Below, piece by piece: positions 37,624 to 51,130 of a stretch of DNA of 64,000 nt. The translations under genes and the position numbers were made by a program. Each line of letters opens with the position of its first letter. Position 1 is the first letter of the stretch. Source of the DNA: Carcharhinus amblyrhynchos (taxonomy: Eukaryota); contig OZ336880.1 in assembly GCA_965287045.1 (NCBI GenBank), positions 43,524,001 through 43,588,000 on the forward strand, given 5' to 3'. The notes beneath the pieces were generated by a model. The model saw only the letters and a program-made list of their open reading frames with translations, ran no database searches and had not been told where the DNA came from.

Positions 37624-37629
37624 TTTATT
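37624..37629 (-). promoter_or_regulatory. Candidate distal polyadenylation signal (AATAAA) for the JAZF-family gene
   Basis: Minus strand: ...TTTTTACATGTTT-AATAAA-ATTCTTGTAAGTGATTTTGTATGTG, with upstream UGUA motifs and a downstream GU/U-rich tract. Confidence 0.35.
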
Positions 37630-39252
37630 AAACATGTAAAAATGTTTTACATAGACCATTTACAATATGTTTAAACAGAAGCATCCTTTAAGGCTTTATG
37701 TTTATAGGTCTCATTTGACCACACATTGTCATTTCATTGGCAATCATAATTTCTTTTTGGAAATAAATCTGTTTTGGTGCAAGTTCTTGATACAGACAAA
37801 CACTGTAATAAGGCTTGACCATAAATTTCTGCCAAAAGTTTTTAGAAGTTACAATAAAGGAATTGCATGACAACATAAGAGCAGCATTCAAACAAAAGTT
37901 CATTTTAGCAGCAATACAAAGTTAGTTCACTTAATCTGATCTATACTGGACAATTGACTACAGTGAAACACTGTTTGGTACAATACAGCTCACCAACACT
38001 GATATATAAATATCTGCATGCTTCCCTGATTATTTTGAATTGTCAATATGCAGGAATAGAAATTTAGCAGGACATTAGCCTGCAACTTGCCTTGTCTAGA
38101 ATCAAAGAAACTTAACACTTCATTTAACAGTTAAACAGAAATAACGAGCAGTAATAAACTGTCAACATTTAGATTGATTGTAGACATGTACAATATTTGA
38201 AATACGATGGTGTATGACTAAAATGAAAATTTAAACTATAGAAAGTCTCTAATCCATTTCTTATCTTCTTCCTCAGAATGCTCACGGGAAAGATCTGAAC
38301 CAAATATTCAGCTTAGTTTAATAGCTAATGGAACAAAATTAAAACCAGAAACTTCAAAATGCAGAGTTTAAGTTTTAAAAGCACAATTTACATAGGCATT
38401 GCATTGTCCCATTTTCAGAATAAATTTCAGTGCACTTAGTATTCTGGTAATAAGCTTGTGGAGTGAAGAAATATGAAAATCTATATGCTAGAATAAGCAT
38501 TTCATATACATATTGTACAGGAAATGTGTGCAATACTGGAAGACAATCTTGCAGTAGTATAATGTATGAATGTTAACTTTTGGAAAATCTTTAAAAAAAC
38601 TAAAATGTCAAATGCGGGAATCTAAAATGATTCACGCAACTGATTATTGTAAAGCTGACTTAAGTAAAAGGTCAAAAACAATGCACTTATTGTCTAAAAT
38701 GCACCTGTATTACCTTTAACAATATGCAATATAGAAATGCTTCCACATGGAAATTCATCTTAAAATGGCATGATTACTTGGAGAAAATATCCATTAATGT
38801 CGGTGTGGAGATTTCAACACAACATCAAAACATCTTTTCAGCCTTTTTAAAGTTAATCAATAATTACAGAAAAAAAAATGCTCACAAAAGAGACATTCAA
38901 AACACAGCTTTTTCTCAAAGCACAATCATCAAAAATAGCAAGATATAAGGTGTCCTAAATAACATTTATTTCTCAACCAATAATGTCAAAAGCAAATTAA
39001 CTAATCATTTAATTAAATCCAGCACTATTTGAGAGATTGTGTGCAGAAACTGGCATGTTCTTTGCCTACAAGTGTGTCAACATTCCAGAAGCAATTCATT
39101 GGCTGCAAAATGTATGAGGTATTGAGGACACAAAATGTGCTGTATAAACCCAAGTTCTTTGACGGTAACCAAAAAGAGAACAGATTTCCTTTCTAACATT
39201 TTCTTGCTACAAAGAGATTCCAAAGGAAAATTTGTATTGCATTATGAATTAG

Positions 39253-39855
39253 CTGTCAGCTTTGGTCCAGTGGTAGCACTCAGAAAGTTCTGAATTCAAA
39301 TCCCACTTCAGACTTGAGTGTATAATCCAGGCTAACACCTCGGTGCAACCCTGACAAAGTGCAGCGTTGTCAGGAGTGTCTCTTTTGGATGATGTGTTAA
39401 ACTAACCTATCCCTCTCAGGTGGACTTAATATGCCCATTGGCACAATACGAGAAAAAGCAGAAGAGTTATCCCTGGCACCCTGACCAAAATTCAACCATC
39501 AGCCAAAAATACTACACAAAAACCCAAATATCAGGTCAATATTTCATAGCTCTTTATGGGATCTTGCTGATATTACAACATTGACTATGGTTCAAAAAGT
39601 ATTTCATTGGCTACAACATCGTTTAGGCTGTGTGAAAAGCACTACTGCTGAGACTTTGCTGGCCTTTAAGCCGGTACACACCCACCACAGATTTCCCAAC
39701 AGCGAGAGGTGTGTTCAACAGAAAATCCTATTGACAATGGCGGGACCATAAGATCCTGCCGCCAGCAAGCAGCATACTGCTTCCCACTGCCATGAAACAC
39801 ATTGCGGGGGAGAAGAATATTCTGTCCAATATAAATAAATGCAAATTCTTTTTCT
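39253..39855 (+). mobile_element. DeuSINE (SacSINE1-like) with a small MITE (~39645-39828) inserted near its tail
   Basis: tRNA-like head (GGTCCAGTGGTAGCACT..TTCAAATCCCAC), Deu-like core (TTTTGGATGATGTGTTAAAC..TCAGGTGGAC..) and L2-like tail (GGGATCTTGCTG..TTCAAAAAGTATTTCATTGGCT..ATAAATGCAAATTCTTT). Family assignment from memory. Confidence 0.65.
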
Positions 39856-42800
39856 ATAACTCTTTTCTATAAACCTTTACAAAGGATACCAACTCAATGT
39901 TGCCAAGTTATACTTTTGAAAGTTAAGCATCCATAACTTAGTACACAAGTTTAATTTATTGACAGCTACATTACTGACAAATTGGTCAGTTACATTAGAA
40001 ATATAACAACTGCACCTGGTTAAGTAAATCTCTACCTGCATATTGGAAGTTATTTTCTCAAGTTTCATTCCTCCTTCCCAACAAAACGGCCCAAGGAGGC
40101 AACTCTTTCCCCAAGTTAATGTCAGATAATGAACTATAATTGGACTTTCCCTCTATTTGCTTTTAGAAAATTCCTACATTCATTTAGCATTTGTATACAC
40201 ATCCAGTGAACTCAGTACGTCGAAGGCATGAAGCGAGGGTTGGGACTAAGCGAGAAAGCCTCATAACATTACTATCCAATTGTTGCATCAATGAACTACA
40301 TTACCAGGATATGAATGCCAGCTAATTTCTTTATATTCAAATACTATTTCAAAACATCATGCACAAAACAAACTCCCTGCTTAAGGCATATTTTCAAGAC
40401 TGGCTGAAGAAAAGTCAGTTTTGCTGGAAAGGACCTCTTCTCGGCTTTTAAGAACTTGATGCTACAGATAGGTCACACCAGTACTTTCACATGCCGATAA
40501 AGATTTTACGCTTACTTTTTGAATTCACAGCAGTCAGTGTCAGATTTTATAATATTGAACAATATTATTACACCAATTAAGTTAATCGGTGCAGATAATA
40601 CCATTTTGGCAGATTGACCATTTACAGATTGACACTGAATTTGGTAATTCTTAAAAAAAAATGAAATAAATCACTTCCAAATGCCAATTTGTAAAGGCCA
40701 AACCAAGCAGAAATGATCTTTAGCAATATCTCAGTTTTTGCAGGGACCAAATAAACTTGTTTCATTTATTTCAAGATACAATCCAAGTGCACTGCAACTG
40801 CCTGTTTTTCAATATCTGCCTGCACTCATAAAATGTGGAAATACTAGTTATTGGTGCACAGGTAACATATGTTTTTATAACTTCTGGTAACTTAATAGGA
40901 TATTGCCTTAACATTCAGTCAGAGAAACTTGAGGTATTAGCCTGTAATAAAAATGCACATTTGAAAGAAATTCAGAACCGCAGTTTGAACGCAAGGATTA
41001 TTTGCATTTAATGAAATGTAGCATTATTTTACAAGAAACGTGTAGAGCTGTCATTATTTGAACTATTGAGTAAAAATTCAATGCTCTTTTGCTCGTTTCT
41101 AATTTTAAAAATTGGTAATGATGAGTACCGAACACATTGTGTGGACTATGTAAACCTGAAGGATTCTCTCCATTTGTTAATTCAGCTGTCCAATAGCACT
41201 GAGCTCAGAGAACTACTTACTATGTCATCAATACTCAAAATGGAAATTTTTTTATAAATTAAAAGAGTAAAGACTTCTTAACAATTGCACAATGCAGATT
41301 TGTCTCACAATTGACTACGTATCAGGAATTGTCAATTTAATCGATGCTTTAGTCATAATGGTAACCAACACTGAAGAAATTTTCAGTGCCCCAAGCTCTG
41401 GGGGAGATTAAGAAAGGGAAAATATACCTTGAACAGAGAGTCTCAAGAAAACTGAAAAATACACACACAAAATCAGCATTCAAAGTTAAAGTCAGAGGCA
41501 ATCTTTAAAGTTAAACTTGCAATATTTAGGTTGGAATCAAGAACTCAAAACACGCTATTATACCATCTCCCATTAATGGAATGAGAATGTTTACACACAA
41601 ACGTTCTGTATAAACAATTCAGAAAGCTTGACTAAAAAGATTATGATTTTCAAAAGTAAGAAAAATAATTGGATTCTGATCAATATATTGAATTCAGTTT
41701 TACTCAAGGTATGGAATGGATAATATTTACACTTTTGGCACTCAGTGTCAGCATCAATCATCAGGTCAAGTACAACATGGATCAGATGCAGAGCAAGAAC
41801 CTTTCTGTTCTGTCCAATTTCAGTACAGCACCACTTTGATGCCAATCACCTTTATAGTTTCCGAGTGACATCGGTCAGAGTTTGGCACAAATTGGCACTA
41901 AACTGGCAGTTTTATGCTGTGGACCCACACCAACTAGAAAGTAGATTCAAACTTGTATTCAAATTTCAATAAGATTTTTTACTGCTTGTACAAAATGGAA
42001 GTTAAATTAGATCACCAGACTAAATTTAACCCCAAAAAACGTGTGCTACATGAACAAATCATCCACATACTAATGAGGAAAATTTGAAAGTACTAAAAAC
42101 TAAAATGAAGTACATATATTACCAAGTAATTAAAACAGTGCTGGTACAAGCAGTAAAGGGTTATCATGAACAAAAATATTTCTTTTACAGCTTCTTGTGC
42201 TTGCAGGTCAGGATACTTTTGCATTGAAGTATTGTTAGAATAACCCACTTAACATTATGTAGAAAATAAAAATTGCCACTATAATCCTTCTTCAAATGAT
42301 TCCAGTGTCTAAGTCACAAAAACTTAATTAAGACTTGTTGAAGCCAGATTTCTTAACATTAAATATCCATTGCTACAAGAAGACATGTAATGGTTTCCAT
42401 CTTAATGTCAAAAGGAAGATGTTGAGAGTGACAAGATTTCCCTTTGATTTTGACTCAATAGTGGACCATGAGCAATGCCTTTAGGGAACAACTCCTTTGC
42501 CATTTGTCTGTAAACCAGAAGTTACAATGGAGCAGTGTAGTCCAGGGTAATACTCTACCCTTTTAACTATTGAATTTAGCTCCCGTGTTAGCACAGGAAT
42601 TGCAAATTCACCTCCCTATCTGGCTATTCACTTTCTTGGGATATTTGGTGTAGAACCAGCGAATGTCATCTAGGCATGGTCTAGTCTTTTATCATATCTC
42701 ATGCAGTCTAGCATGCGTGTAATCTATTCCTGCCTCAGCAGGACGTCACGGCCAACTGCGTCATGACAGGTGCTGCAGCAGTAAACATACTCTCGGCACT

Positions 42801-43743
42801 ACTAATTTGGTTGGGATTAACTATCACTCTTGCCTAGTATCTTTGGCTGTCAATTAACACTGCAAAATTAATTTCAAAATCTTGATGAGAAATGGAAGGG
42901 TGAATCCCAGTACTATATTAGAGGTGAATTTCTAAATAAGTTCATTGATCATTCACTACAGTTCGATTACCTATGGCACTTGAAACAAAATTAAAGTGGC
43001 GTTTGGAAGAACATCCATGGAAATTCAACCCCCATCTCTAAAGGCTGTTCAGTCCTGCTCCCAAAGTGCTACATTTCAGTTAGTGTAATATAGAAAATGG
43101 AGGAGAACAGTTGTATATTTAGGTAGTTGATCCACCAAGTAAAACAAAACTAAAATAATTCACCTTTATGCATTCAACACTAAATTCAGATTATTCATTA
43201 ATCTTTCCAAATGGTTGAAGTTTAGAGAAGGAAGGAGAATCATTCCAGGAATTAGTAGCTAATAACCTAGCAAAAATTGTGAAATTTAGTTGGCAGCACA
43301 TATTGTTAAGCACATCTGTAATTTGGTTATGGGCTCCTTTTGTACTAGGTACATTACACTGAGTGAAGCATTGGAAATTACTTTAAATCATTATAGAATG
43401 AATAAATAGCAGCAGCCACAAAGATGTAACCATTTTTCTCAAATATAAGAGCTTTTAAATCAATCTTTACAATATACGTGTAGCATTTTTCTGTAATTCA
43501 TTCTTAGAATGCGAGCATTACTGGTAGCGCTGGAATTTATTACCCATCACCAGTTGCCCTAAAAAGACTACGGCTGTCTTCTTGAATCATTGAAATCTAT
43601 AATGAAGGTGATCTATAACATTCATAGCTAAGGAGATCTAGTCATCCACTTCATTGGCACAACTTAGCAGCTTGTAAGTCCCCTTCAGAGTTCAGTAAAA
43701 TTAAACCATGTTGAGGTGGGATTGGAATCATATATAGGCCAGA

Positions 43744-43925
43744 TCATAAAATCCCTATAGTGCAGAAAGGCCATTTGGCCCACTGAGCCTGCATTGACAA
43801 CAATCCCACCCAGGCCCTGTGTTTGTAACCCCACTTATTTACCTTGCTAATCTTTCTGATACTAAAGGGCAATTTAGTACAGCCAATCAACCTAACCCAC
43901 ACATCTTTAAACTGTGGAAGGAAAC
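43744..43925 (-). mobile_element. HE1-type SINE 3' half
   Basis: CATAAAATCCCTATAGTGCAGAAAGGCCATTTGGCCC..CCAATCAACCTAACCCACACATCTTT. Confidence 0.85.
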
Positions 43926-44023
43926 TAGATCCTTTAAATGTGTGCTAATTTTTGCATTGAACATAATTATTTTAGTGCTCTGTTCTAAAAATAAGCAGAA
44001 TATGTTTAGTTCTATAAATACGT

Positions 44024-44118
44024 GGTCTGAAGAAAGGTCATCAACCTGAAACGATAACCCTGTTTCTCTTGCCAAATGCTGGCTGACTGAAGTGCTCCCA
44101 GCATTTTCTATGTTTATT
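44024..44118 (+). mobile_element. Short Penelope-derived repeat starting with a hammerhead-like core
   Basis: GGT-CTGAAGA-A-AGGT-CATCA-ACCT-GAAA-CGA-TA-ACC followed by the family tail ..CCAGCATTTTCTATGTTTATT. Confidence 0.6.
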
Positions 44119-47100
44119 GCATAAACCCAATGCTGTCTTCCTGTGTTTACTGTACTATGTCAACTGTTAATTACTGAGAATCTATATTGTGGCTACAAAG
44201 TGATTACCTTTCTAAAACCATGAAGAACAAACACTTCTCCCAAGCTCCGAAAAGCAATTTATCTATTTTTCAGAGAATTTATATTGCTATCATTCCAGAT
44301 ACTGTCATTAGTAACTGGAGATGCAACATTCTTTAAGTGTTGGGCTAAATATAATACAATTTCATTTTTTAAAAAATCTAATTTAATAATCCAACCCTTC
44401 TCATCACCAACACTCGCATCCCCCCCCCAAAAAAGGTTAAATTAATCCTAATCATTAGAAATACGCATGAGCTCAAACAATACTTTTTTTCTGGGATATT
44501 CAAATTCAATATTTTCAAAATTGAAATAGAAACAATAGTCTCTATTCATTGCTCCACAATTTAGCCTGTTATTTGAGAGGGTTTTTTGTGTGCAGGAGAA
44601 TCCAAGGTACAGTACAAAACCTGAGCGTACAGCTTTTTCAGCAACTTTCAGCCATCTGTTGCTCAATACCTTATATGCATATTTTACAATTCAGGCGACT
44701 TCCACTCACTGTATCCCTCAGAGGACTCAGCTGTATTCTGGGATCAGAATTAAACTTGAGATTTTTCAAAGGGCTGAATTATAAAAAAAGTATGAAATGT
44801 AAATGTCAAAGATATGTACATTTTTAAATGTAACTGAATTAATAAGGTTTTTGTTCCACTATAGTGTTTCACCTGACTGCATCTCTCCCCTGTCTTCGTC
44901 TAGCCTTTATTAAAGAACAGCATTTTTTCCTAGATGAAAAAAGATTTATCTTAGTAGGGATTAACATCACAGATCTGAATCAAGTTATCTGCAATCTAAA
45001 CTTCTCAATCCAGCAATTGACAAGGTATTAAAATATTCAAGTCAGTGTTTCTGCTATTATGTAATAGTGATTTCATTTTCTAATATATACATTAATGCTC
45101 TGAGACTTCAATTTTTAAAACATATTTGATTAAAAATGACATTGGTGTGCACCTATATTAAAAGGCAAGCATGGGATGCACTGCGTTGAACCAATCAATA
45201 CTTGTTACTTATCAGTTTTAGTCCATTTAGGAACAGTAGAGAATTGGAAGGTTTTCTAGTGCAGGTAACAGTAGTTGGGAAAAACTGTACGTGCATTCAA
45301 AAGACAGTTTCAAACCCCAGCTTTGGCTGTCTTTTGACCTCTGCTACCCTCTATGGGTGAGTTTTGCCAAATGTCAGCAGAGCTGTTTTAGTTCACTTTG
45401 CAGGATTGGTGAATTCCACTGACAATATAGGTGGAAAGAAGATAGCCAGAAGACACCTCTGAAGGAAGACAGCCAGAAGATACCTCTAGTCTCCAATAAC
45501 AAAGTCACATTTGCATCCATTAAAGTATGCAAATTGTTATTCTCTTCTCATTTGTAAAAATGTGAAATTTGGATGGAGGGAAGAGAACACAATATATAGG
45601 GCACATATATTCAGGTCAAGTTTTCTCATTCTATAATATTTAGTACATAAATAATATTTAACAGCCAGCAGCAGTATCACGTGTTTTAGAATTTGAACAT
45701 GTATTTCTGATTCTTCTTTAAGGCCTCCACAAAATCTCAATAATGGCCAAATTTTAGACGTTATTGTGAAAGCTAGAATCTGTGAACCATTCCATGGTAT
45801 TATAATTTAAAAAGCTGTAGGGCGATAGGGCAATACTTGTTGTTGGTTCAACATTTTTTTAAAAAAGAGGGAATAGAAAGTAGCAGCAGCTGGAGTTGTA
45901 CATGTTTTCTTGCACAGATCATAATTAATTCTGTAAGTCAGGGCACATCTTCATTTCCTAAACTATGGAAATTGAGTCTTTAAAACCCTCAAAAGTGCAC
46001 AGTACTGTAATACTGTATTATAAAAACAGAACTGGGTCAGTATTGTGTCTTAGGCAGGCATCCAAAAAACTAACCAAATTACAAAGCTTAACTTGCTGAC
46101 AACAGTTTTTTTTAAATGAAACTGTACATTATTTAGCTGTAAACAGGCTAACCTTATGTAGAGGCATATGGTGCACATGCTTCTTTAATTAAAGACACGT
46201 ACTGATTTAGAAAGCTAAAGACCACATATGTCTTAAGAAATTAAGTATTTCCTAAGCTGTGAACAATGATTACTACGTTCAGTTTTACACATCTTTATTA
46301 ACTACATAACTAGTGTGGTCATTCCTACTCTAATTTAATGACAACAGTCGCTAACAATGATATCCTGTGTGAAATTACCAGATCAAATAAATCTAATTAC
46401 CAATTATTTAATGTCAGAATCTGTCTATGTTCCAAATTTAGACTGTTCATTGAGACTTTTTGAATTTATTTTCTTCAAATTTAGGGAACAGGAGTTTGGA
46501 ATGATTTTGTACCAACTGTCAATGCTACCCATGATATTTTTTATATACTCTTTCTTTCTTGGGATGTGGGCTTTGTTGGCTAGGCCAGCATTTATTGCCC
46601 ATTTCTACCAATAGGTCAGAGGATTACTCCTACAAGCCTCGTATTTCCACGCGCCCCCCCCACCCCACCTTCCAAATGAACCTTGATAATCCAACATAGC
46701 TCAAACACTCAAATTAGTGGTATAAGACAAGCAGGTCAGTTAGGGTACTTCCCCCACATCAAATTAGGCTGCTAATCTACAAATTACAGTGGCAAATGCA
46801 TTTTGCATTAATTTGGACCTGTAAGTATAGCAGCACTGCAGTACACAGCTAATGAGAGTTTTCAAAAAAGTTTTGAGATACAATAAAAAAAACTATTGTA
46901 TAATCAATTTTAAGTTGTGACCTAAAATTGCATAATGTTGAATAATAAAGAAAAAGTGCTTTTAGAAGCACTGAAATCATTTAAAGTACTTTCCCTGGAA
47001 TTCAAAATGATATTTAAAATACTGTTATCTAATTTCTTAGCAGCATTTGATGCCATTATGGGAACACAATCTTCCAACTATAATGTTTATTTCGTAGAGA

Positions 47101-47247
47101 AACAATTCACTTAAGACAACAATAAGGAATAGTTTCCCCCAAGATCTGTAGCAATGAATCTTGAGAAAAATATAATTCTCTTTACTCACTCCTGTTAGAA
47201 CACGGAGTCTGCAATTAGCAGATCAGTCAGGAGAAGGGTACAATGCA

Positions 47248-47424
47248 TCACAACTGCATCTTTCTAAGCATATCAACTGACACTGGTGGATGAAAGGTAA
47301 TGGTGTGATGACGAAGCCCATGAGCAGTCTTATAGCTCTTTCCACAGCGACACTTGAAAGGCTTCCGGACACGGGTTTGAGTACGATGGCCATTCTTGGC
47401 ATGGTATTTGATTCCATTAACATT
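47248..47424 (-). CDS. jazf1-like: JAZF1-family zinc-finger protein, terminal coding exon (177 nt)
   Basis: Acceptor TCTGTATTTCTGTTAG, then NVNGIKYHAKNGHRTQTRVRKPFKCRCGKSYKTAHGLRHHTITFHPPVSVDMLRKMQL*. Completes one C2H2 finger and encodes the last. Not in the ORF track (different frame from ORF 47223-47423). Confidence 0.95.
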   Translation of the reverse strand, partial: NVNGIKYHAKNGHRTQTRVRKPFKCRCGKSYKTAHGLRHHTITFHPPVSVDMLRKMQL

Positions 47425-50400
47425 CTAACAGAAATACAGAATGGTTAGAATTATCTTGAAAATCTGTTCAGCTACTACAATAAGTATATATTAACAGAAA
47501 TTGCATAACTATTGCATTTCTACCCAAGGTTTGGCTTACATTTCCAATTTTGTGTTCTTCAATATAAAATCAGTCCAATACCAGTAGGTAATAAACTGTT
47601 GTTGAACTAATTTAGAGATTATTAGTTTATAAAACCAGCAAGAGGTTAAAAATTATATCTCTTTACCTCTTACACTAAATATACATGTCAGCTGCTTTGG
47701 GTCTCATTTACAGAGCTTGTGTCAAATTATTTGGTTATTTCATTTGAGGCATATCTCCAAATAAAACTTAAATATATTAAAGTAGAAATATAAAAATTTC
47801 TGGTAATTGTAATATTCTTGAATTGATCAACTCAAGTATTACAAGTATTGCTAATTCAAAAAGCATGAAGAAGTTCAGAACAGCAGGGTGATTGGAAATT
47901 ATTTAGCTGATATAAAATAACTAATACATTTTTAATATTATTTCCACAGCCTGCCAGAAACAGTTCACTGTACGATCAAAGTTTTAAAACAGACATTTGC
48001 AATTCTTCATCTCCCATTCTCAAAAAGATCAACTTGTAAAAAGCTAATATCGTTTATCACTCCTCCCATTACACATTGTATCAATCATTACCAGTCTCAC
48101 AGCCAACAAGAGGTATAAAATTGCAGGAAGAATTTTAGGCATACATTATAGAAAAGGCAATTACATCAAAATGTGATCCTTACACACCATTTGAGATAAA
48201 TGATTTTGTCTTTTGATTTTCATTTTTTTTCCACAAGTAGATTTCTTACTTGCTTGCCCTTTTCCTCCCCAGGTATGTTTTGTGTTTAATATATTTAACA
48301 AGCAGTAATCCTGTCAACTCTGCAACACAGGGTTCTAATAGATCTAACTGTAGTTGTGGGTGGGCTAAACTCTGCCTCCAACTACCATAAAATACTTGGA
48401 ATTCTAAGCACCTCTTAACAATTATATTGTCCAGGAACCAGACGAAAGGATTAGGTTTCGCTGCTGTCAAAAAGGTATTCCAATTAACAAATTAATGAAA
48501 AACTGTAGTGGTTTTGATTTCCTTCCGACAAAAGTGTGTATTTATAAAATGGGCAGGAAACCACTGAAATTTGCAGTCAGTGACCAAATTGACTTGAATT
48601 TTCTAATCAGAAAATAAACATAGAAATAAAATGGTGGAGATTAAAACTAAATACCAAAATATATAATAATGGACACCATTTGAACTTCAGGCATTAAGTA
48701 TTTTTTTGATGTGTTAACAGATCACAAAAGGTTAACTGTTCCTTTGCCACAACTGGACTGAAATGCATGTTGTAGACAGTACCAAGCTGGAATTAGTGTT
48801 CGCTAAAGATTCTGTTGCCCATTGCATTTCAGTTGGTTTTTGGTTTTAAGTAGGAATAAATTTATAAGCAGTGTTTGCCAGAGTTGATACTGTTCATCTC
48901 GACAAAATACAGTTCACAGCCAAATATTCTGATGCTGTAGTCCTTGCACAACATAACTTGATGGCTGCTGCACATCCCTGCACAATATCAAAAAAAAATC
49001 ACTATTCCAAATGGTTATACCATAGCAGATATTTACCCATACTTCAAATTACACACACATAAATACGATCTTACTGGGCAATGTGGTGCAATGTTTAGTA
49101 AGGGAATCAATGTCTTTAGCAAAGAAAGAGAGCAAAGAAAAATTCAGGGAAGAGTAAAAAGGTGGAAGCATAAAGCAGACTAACTTTAGTAACAACGTGT
49201 GTGCAGGTAAGAATTAAAGCCTTTTAAAAAAGTTGTGTCTCAACTTAAGATAACTTAGCTGTTGTTGGTGCAATCATTTGATTAAAAATGAGCAAAATGT
49301 ATTTTACGCTTTCTGAAATAAAAACTCAGTGGGGAAATTAATTTTCTGTATTAAATGCAAGTTTCTGTTACAATGAGCCATGTTTTAGAAACTAATACAA
49401 ATAAATGCAGATCAACGCCAATTGTACGTGAATGACATTCTTGTAGTAAAAGTTATGTAGTAAAATTAACTACCTAGGGACCTTTTCATAATACCAGAAA
49501 TATTTTCAACTTGTTGGTTATAAAACCAAAATTCAGGCCAATATTAGCAGCACTAATCAGAAGGAAGTGTGCAACAATGACATTTAGTCAGAGCTATCAC
49601 TGCCTGAATGACAGACACTAAACATTAAACAAAGGAAAAACAACTGTGAATCTGTGGTCCAAGGAGCAGGTTATTAACATGAAAATTATTTACAGCTAAG
49701 ATTCTAATGTTACATGAAATTCCTGCAAATGTTTACACTGATAAAGTAATAAATTAAGATAGGGGTATACTTAACTAAATGTCAAATCAGAAATTTCGGC
49801 AAAACATAAATCAGGATTGAAATTGGAAAAGTTATCTTTCTAAAATACTGCAGTTAAAAAGTAAATAATTCTCAACACATTTATATGTTCATCAATTCAG
49901 TATTTGCTATGCTAGCTTACTGCAGTCAAATTCAAGCTTAGCTAATTTAGTAGATTTTTGCATTAAGTCTCGCTCCATACCACTACTTCTTCAGACACAT
50001 AATAGCAGCTCATCAAAAACAGCAAATTTGCTTTGCATTATCCCCTACAGAGGATCTGGTTTAGGCTTCCGTCTAAACCATTACCCTTTATTTGTTGTTC
50101 CCTCCATTGTATCAGGCATTCCAAAGACTATTAATCTACCGAGTCTGCTTGCTCTTTCAATAATGATGTTTGAGCAATTCAGCTGGACGGCTCTCGTGCA
50201 TCAGACATGGAGCCAGAAAGATTTCAGAATAACATAGAATAGCTTTGTTATACTGGTAATTAAGACAGGACTGACATTCAAACAGGACCTGGACAGGATG
50301 TGGCAAATTACTGTATTCTTTGTGTGAAAAGCTGTTCCCAATATGGTTTGTCTGGCCTCCAGGGAACTCATCATCTTCACTAACAGTCAGAATGGGATTT

Positions 50401-50624
50401 TGTACCCTCTATTCCCACTCCAAAACCTCATTCTAATATACATTTATGATTCATAGAAACACTGAGGAAAAGCTTGTTAATTTGTAAACTTGAGAAAAAT
50501 GAAATATCTGATCTTCGTTATATATTATGTATCGTGAAACAGTTTAAATACAAAGGCGTCACCTTTTAAGTGCATTTTTATTGACATTTCCAAGGACAGC
50601 TTGTTTGCTGGACACAATACGTAC

Positions 50625-50794
50625 CTTGTACCTCTTTTTACAGCCAGGTACAGGGCAAGCAAATGGCTTCTCATCATCCCCATTCAAGCACATTGAACTT
50701 AGAATAGTCTCAGAGCTAATAGCACTTTCTGTTGTCCATGATTCATCACTGTCGGAATCTTCACATTCAATTTCTTCCTCATCTAATTCACTGC
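50625..50794 (-). CDS. jazf1-like: JAZF1-family zinc-finger protein, penultimate coding exon (170 nt)
   Basis: TTTAG|GC acceptor and AAG|GTACGT donor. Encodes (G)SELDEEEIECEDSDSDESWTTESAISSETILSSMCLNGDDEKPFACPVPGCKKRYK; phases 1 and 0 fit both neighbouring exons. Confidence 0.96.
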
Positions 50795-50998
50795 CTAAAG
50801 ATTCAGGAAAGAAAGTAAATACATGGTCACAGTTACCTTTTTTTAAAAAGAAATCCATATTTAGGTGAATTTCTTTAAACAGAAGATTCCTCTTTACTTC
50901 CCCTCCCCTATGAAACCACTGTAAATATATAGCATTCAATATACACATAGCTAACACTTGTGTTTGGAACTGCCAAAGGCATCCTGGGTAATTAGCCA

Positions 50999-51130
50999 NN
51001 NNNNNNNNNNNNNNNNNNNNNNNNNNNNNNNNNNNNNNNNNNNNNNNNNNNNNNNNNNNNNNNNNNNNNNNNNNNNNNNNNNNNNNNNNNNNNNNNNNNN
51101 NNNNNNNNNNNNNNNNNNNNNNNNNNNNNN
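50999..51130. other. Assembly gap (132 N) inside the intron
   Basis: Run of N. Confidence 1.

Noticed and set aside
45438-45487. 23-bp near-tandem duplication GAAGAYAGCCAGAAGAYACCTCT
   Set aside because: Ordinary local slippage duplication with no further structure.
47223-47423. 66-aa ORF MLMESNTMPR...
   Set aside because: Alternative frame of the real terminal exon (47248-47424).
50559-50957. 132-aa ORF as a complete gene (likewise 54103-54339)
   Set aside because: Only the splice-bounded cores are JAZF-homologous; the flanks are intron read-through.
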